DNA of 64,000 bases from Pseudomonadota bacterium (GTDB taxonomy: Bacteria; Babelota; Babeliae; Babelales; CAIQNR01), in assembly GCA_027487215.1 (NCBI GenBank), contig JAIYDZ010000006.1:135762-199761 (forward strand). The letters are read 5' to 3'. Positions 57,505 through 64,000 of this stretch are shown piece after piece. The notes beneath the pieces are model-generated. The model made no database searches and was not told the origin of the DNA. It was given only the letters and a program-made list of their open reading frames with translations. Numbering within the stretch: position 1 is the stretch's first letter; every line of letters starts with the position of its first letter. The position numbers were made by a program, and so were the translations under genes.

Positions 57505-58090
57505 GTTTGTTTCTGGTATATGTGCTAATCCACAATCAGGCGATACTAAACGCACTGAAAAAATGCTTACTCATACTTCAAAAAAAATTGACGAAATACT
57601 TACTGTGCATGGCAAAGTGATAGAAAAACTCAAACCGTTTGATCAAAAACGTTCAATGAGAGAATTTGAACTTATTGAAAAAGAAGTAGCACACATTATT
57701 CGTGGGTTTGAACTTAACTTTTCATTTTTCACAGAGTTTTTTGCAGGCGATACATGCCAAGCATTAAAGGATCACCCTTTTGTATGGTACTACTCAGAGC
57801 TTCAAAAAAGTAATTCTACCTTAACTCGTGTTAATAACATGTGCAAAAAACACATCAAGCTTCTCACTAAAAAACTCAATCACAAAAAACTCGCTGAAGA
57901 AGATAAGCTGCGTTACGAGCGCTGCCTTAAACAAGTTGAAAACACAATGAATGAAGCAACTGATCTAATTATTGCTCTTTCACATGTTGAAAAGTTTATC
58001 AAACTCAGTGATTCATATGTTCGTGAAAAACAACTTTATAGCAACACGACCAAACCGGTATCAAACTTAATTATTGTTTCTCATCGTTAA
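57476..58090 (+). CDS. Secreted helical protein, tandem array member 4
   Basis: MKKLLLFSLLFVSGICA start. Alternative start at 57461. The C-terminus has diverged (..NLIIVSHR). Confidence 0.65.
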   Translation: MKKLLLFSLLFVSGICANPQSGDTKRTEKMLTHTSKKIDEILTVHGKVIEKLKPFDQKRSMREFELIEKEVAHIIRGFELNFSFFTEFFAGDTCQALKDHPFVWYYSELQKSNSTLTRVNNMCKKHIKLLTKKLNHKKLAEEDKLRYERCLKQVENTMNEATDLIIALSHVEKFIKLSDSYVREKQLYSNTTKPVSNLIIVSHR

Positions 58091-58763
58091 TTGAGTTTAG
58101 TTGACACCCTGTGTGTTTATGCAAATGATTGAAGGCTTCTGTTAGATCGTCCGTTACAAACAGTAACGATGCATCGTGCGATAACAGGAGCCCTTCTTTT
58201 TGTGCTCCCTCAACCCATTCAAGCAGCGGTTTCCAGTAGGCTGTATTTATAAGAACCACTGGAACCCTTTCAAGGTGTCCTGTCTGCATCAATGTTAAAG
58301 TCTCAAACAGCTCATCCAAGGTGCCAAAGCCTCCCGGAAATACTACAAATCCATCTGCGTAGCGTGTAAGCAGCCATTTTCGAGTAAAAAAATAACGAGT
58401 AGTAATGAGTTCATCCAAACATCCATTTTCACGCTCTTGTGATAGATTTTCAACGGTAATTCCGACGCTCTTTCCACGAAGATCTGGATCTTGATCAAGA
58501 GCACCACAATTCATTGCCTGCATAATTCCTGGGCCACCGCCCGTAATAACTGATATCTGATGCGTCAGGAGCATATTTGAAAGTTTGTGTGCATGTTGGG
58601 TAAAAGGATGATATTGAGAAAGACGTGTTCCTCCAAATACCGAAACAACCGGTCGACGTAACTTTGATAACGTCCACACCCCACGCACTAATCTGAAATA
58701 ATCATCAAGAAGATTGATCATCAGATCATAAATACCGTACATACTATAAAAAAATGACAACAT
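58071..58763 (-). CDS. LOG family (TIGR00730) Rossmann-fold protein
   Basis: VFGGTRLS, GGGPGIMQA and PGGFGTLDELFE motifs. Confidence 0.85.
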   Translation of the reverse strand: MLSFFYSMYGIYDLMINLLDDYFRLVRGVWTLSKLRRPVVSVFGGTRLSQYHPFTQHAHKLSNMLLTHQISVITGGGPGIMQAMNCGALDQDPDLRGKSVGITVENLSQERENGCLDELITTRYFFTRKWLLTRYADGFVVFPGGFGTLDELFETLTLMQTGHLERVPVVLINTAYWKPLLEWVEGAQKEGLLLSHDASLLFVTDDLTEAFNHLHKHTGCQLNSINDEKQ

Positions 58764-58787
58764 TTTATCCCCTTTTGTTGGTAATGT

Positions 58788-59627
58788 ATGATACTGAGAT
58801 TTGCTTTTTTGAGTAAAGTACTGTTCATTCTTATTTTCCAGATTCCACTCTGGTCACAAGAACCATCCTTTGTTGTTCTTATCTGTTCATACAATAATGA
58901 ACAATGGGTTGATGCTAACTTAGAATCGGTACGCTCACAAACCTATAAACAGTACCGAATCATCTATATCGATGATTGTTCAACTGACAACACCTTCAAA
59001 AAAGTTTCTGCTTTCTGTGACCAAAATCCTGCCATTCCGGTAACGCTTATTAAAAATAAACATCGTGCATATAAACTTGCAAACTTGTACGATGCAATTC
59101 ATTCATCGTGCAAAAATAATGAAATTGTAGTTGAGCTTGATGGCGATGATTGTTTTTTTAACTCCACTGTTCTTGAAACATTAAAAACGGTTTACACCAC
59201 AACAAATGCATGGATGACCTATGGGGGATTTATCACCTGGCCGCATCAGTACAAACATTTAAAAACTTCCACAATACCTCCAGAGATTGTACTTTCAAAC
59301 AGCTTTCGATACTTTTACAAAACTGGCTATATATTTATGGCATTGCGTAGTTTCTATACGTGGCTTTTTAAAAATATTAAAAAAGAAGATCTTCAAGAAA
59401 ATGGAGAATTTTTTAAATGCGGATCAGATATTGCAACGATGATTCCGATGTTTGAAATGGCAGGCGATCATTTCTATTACCTTACAGAGCAACTCTATTT
59501 ATACAATACCGATACCGGTATTAATGATTTTATAAGACATCCAAAAGGACAAAAGGAGGTTTCTTCCCTGATTGAAAAGAAACCTCCTTATACACGTATT
59601 ACTGAGCAACCACCTTTGGAGTGGTAA
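58788..59627 (+). CDS. Signal-anchored family 2 (GT-A) glycosyltransferase, short paralog
   Basis: VVLICSYNNEQWVDANLESVRSQTYKQYRIIYIDDCSTDNT and a DxD motif (ELDGDDCF). Confidence 0.8.
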   Translation: MILRFAFLSKVLFILIFQIPLWSQEPSFVVLICSYNNEQWVDANLESVRSQTYKQYRIIYIDDCSTDNTFKKVSAFCDQNPAIPVTLIKNKHRAYKLANLYDAIHSSCKNNEIVVELDGDDCFFNSTVLETLKTVYTTTNAWMTYGGFITWPHQYKHLKTSTIPPEIVLSNSFRYFYKTGYIFMALRSFYTWLFKNIKKEDLQENGEFFKCGSDIATMIPMFEMAGDHFYYLTEQLYLYNTDTGINDFIRHPKGQKEVSSLIEKKPPYTRITEQPPLEW

Positions 59628-61077
59628 ATGCAAAACCTATACGAGTTATTGTTGGGTCTTGAATAAAGAGCATGCCTGGCGCAAAAAGATTAGGAAGCAA
59701 ACTCTGGGTAATGAGTGTGTCATCAAGGTACGCAATGCGCTCTCTGATTAACTCTTTGCGTGACAACATGCAGAGTCTTTGATCTCCAGAAATCCATGAT
59801 CGATCTGCGTATGCCAGACGCCACACATAATATCCATCATGAAGATGGACGCACGGTGCTTGTGAAGGATCAGTAATAGCAACTGCTGGGAAACATCCAA
59901 ACGCTTGTGCTTCATCAATAACATTGACCATTTCTTGTGCATGCAACGGTTCAACACAACGCATACCATTATGAATAAAGAACACATGTTCACTACTGTA
60001 CCACCAGTTATGAAGTGATTTTACCAATAGCTGTTTTAAACTTAAAAAGTTTTGGCGGTTCATTAAATGGCCATCTTGATACTGGGCAATTGAAAATCCT
60101 TGTGTATCAACCACATAAATATTACTGATAGCGTCCACATGCTCAATGCATGAATCAATCGTGTAAGAACAGTCATCGGAAAACGAGTCTGCAATCACAA
60201 AAATATCAATTCCTTTAAACTGTTTTTTCGTGCGTGCTGGTGGAACCATTACTGGTTCATACTTCTTTTTATGAAGCAAAATATTACTCGCTACAATTTG
60301 AGGAACTCTATTTACTTTAAAATCATTAATAGGTGACTGCACGTTATGAATATAAATAATCTTATCAATATATTTAAAGTGTGAACCGACCATTTCCATC
60401 ATTGGATAAGAAAACGCAAGGTCACAACTTGCAGGGTAAAACTTACCAAATGAGGCATCGTCATGATCCCATAAAAGATCTTCAAGTTTGATTCGTTTAA
60501 ATACCCATGCATAAAATGTACGCAGTTGACCAGGAGTCCAGTAGGTTTCACGATAAAGACGATCATTTACTATTTTCTGCGGTGTCTGTTTGCAATAACC
60601 ACGCACACCCTTTGGCCAATCCTCAAATGATCCATAGGTAAGCCATACATTCTGATCTTCATACGTTTCATTTAAAAGTGAAAGTACTTTAGTGTCAGGA
60701 AACCAGTCATCTCCATCAAGCTGTACTACAATGTCCCAATCATCACACAAATGAGTCGCAATATAATGGTTAGCAAGAGCACCTTTGCGTTCAGTATTTG
60801 CAATGATATGAACACGATCTTGCATGCCGCATTCACGGACATAATCAGCTACTAATTGAGCCGTTCCATCGTGCGAGCAATCATCAACATAAATTGCATG
60901 CCAATTTGAATATTCTTGGTTAAAAAGACTATCAAGATTATGTTTGTACCACAGTGCGTTATTGTAAGAAGGAATAACCACAGCCATTCGCTTTTCTTCT
61001 TTAACAACAGCTGCACACTCTAAAAAGAATAATCCTGCTGCAACAAACAGAAAGATTTTTTTATAACTGAACTTCAT
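59599..61077 (-). CDS. Signal-anchored GT-A glycosyltransferase with an extra C-terminal domain of about 220 aa
   Basis: VVIPSYNNALWYKHNLDSLFNQEYSNWHAIYVDDCSHDGT and QLDGDDWF. I do not recognise the C-terminal half. Confidence 0.8.
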   Translation of the reverse strand: MKFSYKKIFLFVAAGLFFLECAAVVKEEKRMAVVIPSYNNALWYKHNLDSLFNQEYSNWHAIYVDDCSHDGTAQLVADYVRECGMQDRVHIIANTERKGALANHYIATHLCDDWDIVVQLDGDDWFPDTKVLSLLNETYEDQNVWLTYGSFEDWPKGVRGYCKQTPQKIVNDRLYRETYWTPGQLRTFYAWVFKRIKLEDLLWDHDDASFGKFYPASCDLAFSYPMMEMVGSHFKYIDKIIYIHNVQSPINDFKVNRVPQIVASNILLHKKKYEPVMVPPARTKKQFKGIDIFVIADSFSDDCSYTIDSCIEHVDAISNIYVVDTQGFSIAQYQDGHLMNRQNFLSLKQLLVKSLHNWWYSSEHVFFIHNGMRCVEPLHAQEMVNVIDEAQAFGCFPAVAITDPSQAPCVHLHDGYYVWRLAYADRSWISGDQRLCMLSRKELIRERIAYLDDTLITQSLLPNLFAPGMLFIQDPTITRIGFAFTTPKVVAQ

Positions 61078-62587
61078 CTACTTCTCCAGACATAAGGGGA
61101 GCCATTACATATAATTCATCAGCCGGCGCACTACTTTGAACTGCAGCAAGAAACGTGTGGAAATTGGGATGGAAAATCTCAAGGTTTTCTACCATTTTTA
61201 TACACTCTTCCTTTTTTAAAAGAAGACCGCTGCAATCAGTAATCTGCTCAAAAACATCATGATACAACCATGAGTTAAAAAGATACGCATTATAAGAAGC
61301 GCCCCATGGAGCAACATCATATCCTTTTTGCTCAAGAATCTCTTTATTACCTTTTCCAAATACAACACCTGTAGAACCAGTTGCTTCAACCGTTTTTAAA
61401 AGCTCACCAAAATTAAGATGATCTGCTTCTAGTAAATGCTGTGTTGAAAGTAATACGTACTGACCTCGACATTTTTGCAATGACTTTAAAAGTTTGTCTT
61501 TAAAGTTCACGCGATGCGTATACACCTGATCAAGAGAATAACCAATATCAAGTGTTGAAAAATGATTACAATAGGTACGCATTGTTCTGTTTTTACGAGG
61601 ATCTTCATTGCCTACTTTTATCACAGAATCAAAAAACACTCCTTCAGATTCACGCTTTTTAAAAAATCGTGCAACATCGTGCTCTTCTTCCATGAAAATT
61701 ACATAAGAAAGCAATTGTTCTTTATCGTGTTGAGTAAATGAAGTTTCTTTATATTGAGGATAGGGCTTTCTATTGCGAGTAATTAAATCGTAATAAATTT
61801 GAAATTCGAATTTTGATTTAAAAAGATTAATCGCATTATCGGTGTTATAGACATATAAAATATCATGAATGTATTTATAACGATCACGAGCCATTTCAAA
61901 AAGCGGCAACATAAACGCAACGTCTGTTGCCATCATCAAAAACTTACCGTTGTGCATAAGGTCTTGTGCTTTAATTTTCTTAAAAAGTCCTGCATAAAAA
62001 GTACGGGGATGCACACCACGAAAACCAAGCTGTCTAAAACCATATTGTGCTAGCTCTTCTTTGGTGTAATCGCGATATCCTATTTTTTGACCTGTTGAAC
62101 TGCGAGACGCATTTCCCACTGAAAGCAATACACCTTCATCGGTATACAAATCATTAAGATATGAAAGAACTTCATTATGACTCAACCAGTCATCCCCATC
62201 CAGTAGAAGAATAATGGCATTATCGTTACATGCATGAATAGCTTTATAACGATTGAAAAGTTGACCATAACGTACTTTGTTTTTAATCAGTAAACATTTA
62301 TGTTCTAAATTTCGCTCTTGTATATAAAGCTCAACCAGATCACCCGTTCCATCTGGAGAACAATCGTCAAGGTAAATCACGCGATAGTTAGAATAGTTTT
62401 GAGAAAATACTGAATCAAGATTTTTCTTATACCAGTCTTTATTATTATAAGAAGGTATAACCACCACAATCTCCTTTTCAGGAAATCTCTGGGATTCAGA
62501 CTCTCGGCAAATAGTAACAGAATTTAAAAATAAACTGAGCACTAAACAGCTCATTAAAAAGTTCACCTTAAAACGTTTTACTGACAT
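61061..62587 (-). CDS. Signal-anchored GT-A glycosyltransferase with an extra C-terminal domain of about 220 aa
   Basis: VVIPSYNNKDWYKKNLDSVFSQNYSNYRVIYLDDCSPDGT and LLDGDDWL. It overlaps the downstream paralog by 17 nt. Confidence 0.8.
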   Translation of the reverse strand: MSVKRFKVNFLMSCLVLSLFLNSVTICRESESQRFPEKEIVVVIPSYNNKDWYKKNLDSVFSQNYSNYRVIYLDDCSPDGTGDLVELYIQERNLEHKCLLIKNKVRYGQLFNRYKAIHACNDNAIILLLDGDDWLSHNEVLSYLNDLYTDEGVLLSVGNASRSSTGQKIGYRDYTKEELAQYGFRQLGFRGVHPRTFYAGLFKKIKAQDLMHNGKFLMMATDVAFMLPLFEMARDRYKYIHDILYVYNTDNAINLFKSKFEFQIYYDLITRNRKPYPQYKETSFTQHDKEQLLSYVIFMEEEHDVARFFKKRESEGVFFDSVIKVGNEDPRKNRTMRTYCNHFSTLDIGYSLDQVYTHRVNFKDKLLKSLQKCRGQYVLLSTQHLLEADHLNFGELLKTVEATGSTGVVFGKGNKEILEQKGYDVAPWGASYNAYLFNSWLYHDVFEQITDCSGLLLKKEECIKMVENLEIFHPNFHTFLAAVQSSAPADELYVMAPLMSGEVDEVQL

Positions 62588-62698
62588 AACGTCCTCCCCC
62601 GGTTACCCCCATTGATTTGTAACTCTTTTATATTTTTTTACCGAATATAAATTTCATTTGTCAACAAAGTAAGCGTTCTAATGCCGGGTTTCAGGAGT

Positions 62699-64000
62699 TC
62701 ATCGTTGTTTTTTCTTTTCAGAAAAATCAATTGACTCAAACACACGAAATTGACCATGTTTCCACGCATCTTTTTCAAGGCTTGCTTTAAGGTTTAACTC
62801 CTCCAATGTCTGGGTAAGAGTCCATCCATGTTCACGTGCAACAGAAGGTAAAAATACTGCACTCCGATCAGCAGCATCAAGAATAATGCCATGTTTACCA
62901 ATAGAGATTGCTTCATAGTTTTTAACTGAAACTATGTCAGTAAGAACTGATACTTTAAAGATAAGCCCACTCAGCTCTGTTTTAGTAACAGGCTCAAAAC
63001 GCCCGTCTTTAAATGCTGCACTCAGCGCTTTATCATGTATCGTTTTATGCAAAGGATAAGGGCTGACGATACTTCCCATGCATCCTCGTAGTTCATCAGC
63101 TTTATTGAGAGTCACATACGCACCGCGACGTTCCTGTAAAGCTGGAGAAATAAGGGGATAAATAAGTCGCTGATTAAGTTGTTTAGTAAATGAATTAGTA
63201 ACGGCATCACGCGCAAGCTGTAAGAGCGATTCCTTTTCATAACCGGTCAAATAGGTTACATCCTTTTTTTTGGGGACATACGCAATAGCAGCATAACTTA
63301 CACTATTAACAATCTCTTTTGCGTGATCAGATGAGGTAGCATAGGCCAGTAAACTTGGATAAAGATCTTTCCAAGTGCCTTTTTCAAGCAAAGCCAATAA
63401 AATCATTAAAGGAAGCCGACCGCACACCGTAGCTTCCGTTTTTTTAATCGTACTGAAAAATCGATCAACTGACGGAACAAAAAGAGGCTGCATTACTTCA
63501 TTATCGAGTGCTCGAATGCGCTCTTTAACGTGAGTAGTAAAAGGAACATACTCAAAACTTTTTCCATAATGGGTAAAATCAGAACTTGCAACAACCACCG
63601 TATGGTCATCGATAAATGCAGAAAGACCCTTGGCAAAAGCTCTTGCATCATCAGGAGTTATCCCTCCGCCAATCAACAAAGGAATAATATGTGCCTGAGG
63701 AACATAATGCTTAATAAAAGGAAGCTCAACTTCTAAAGAATGTTCCACATCAAAAGGATTGTGTGGTTTTAAAGTTGAAGCACGCTTTACCAGTTTTTTA
63801 GAAATCATTTTGTGAATTGATTTAGTATCAAGGGCAACTGAACCATTGGGAACAAAATAATCAGAAATACCATCAAGAACAGCAACTCCTTGAAACACAA
63901 TCTTATGGCAAGGAGCAAGAAGTATAATACGCTTTACCTTTTGAGGATCTAACAGCCTAAAAGCTGATGCTGCAACACTCCCGGAATAACGATACCCCGC
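62699..64000 (-). CDS. Memo (AmmeMemoRadiSam protein B)-AMMECR1 (protein A) fusion, 5' end beyond the window
   Basis: The frame is open to 64000 (AGYRYSGSVAASAF..LLAPCH). The Memo core carries EHSLEVELPF and SSDFTHYG. The C-terminal AMMECR1 core carries GAYVTLNK..LRGCMGS, FKDGRFEPV and HGIILD..RSAVFLPSVA. Confidence 0.85.
   Translation of the reverse strand, partial: AGYRYSGSVAASAFRLLDPQKVKRIILLAPCHKIVFQGVAVLDGISDYFVPNGSVALDTKSIHKMISKKLVKRASTLKPHNPFDVEHSLEVELPFIKHYVPQAHIIPLLIGGGITPDDARAFAKGLSAFIDDHTVVVASSDFTHYGKSFEYVPFTTHVKERIRALDNEVMQPLFVPSVDRFFSTIKKTEATVCGRLPLMILLALLEKGTWKDLYPSLLAYATSSDHAKEIVNSVSYAAIAYVPKKKDVTYLTGYEKESLLQLARDAVTNSFTKQLNQRLIYPLISPALQERRGAYVTLNKADELRGCMGSIVSPYPLHKTIHDKALSAAFKDGRFEPVTKTELSGLIFKVSVLTDIVSVKNYEAISIGKHGIILDAADRSAVFLPSVAREHGWTLTQTLEELNLKASLEKDAWKHGQFRVFESIDFSEKKKQR

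Noticed and set aside
1-64000. Search for tRNA genes, rRNA fragments, CRISPR repeats, IS elements and prophage genes
   Set aside because: I saw no T-loop/acceptor signatures in any intergenic gap, no regularly spaced short repeats, and no transposase, integrase or phage-like ORFs in the six-frame track.

Overview
AT-rich bacterial chromosome segment, densely coded on both strands. I found no tRNA, rRNA, CRISPR, transposase, integrase or phage genes. The housekeeping backbone is clear. It includes metG, potABCD, bamA, an ABC-2 exporter, gltX, rpsU, rbfA, a prepilin peptidase, folC, atpB and atpE. It also includes a cysK-like gene, tmk, holB, a DUF721/DciA-like gene, murG, a class A PBP, RNase P RNA, gpsA, uppS, HAD hydrolases, a sodium:solute symporter, a LOG-family protein and a Memo-AMMECR1 fusion. 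BamA, a beta-barrel OMP and peptidoglycan genes indicate a diderm. Many signal-peptide ORFans in tandem paralog sets, plus decayed genes, suggest a reduced host-associated lineage, possibly Dependentiae-like; that placement is a low-confidence inference. Main second-look items: (1) a stand-alone Fo module whose c subunit is a four-hairpin fusion with one E-to-Q site and no F1 genes nearby. (2) A G+C-rich 453-bp imperfect inverted repeat with compensatory stem changes in a 600-bp non-coding gap. (3) A four-gene secreted-protein array with near-identical 74-nt junctions but divergent gene bodies. (4) A G9 tract that frameshifts a beta-propeller gene. (5) A decayed tsaC. (6) A secreted-protein gene split by one in-frame TGA. 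(7) RNase P RNA whose P1 stem lies inside the upstream ORF.
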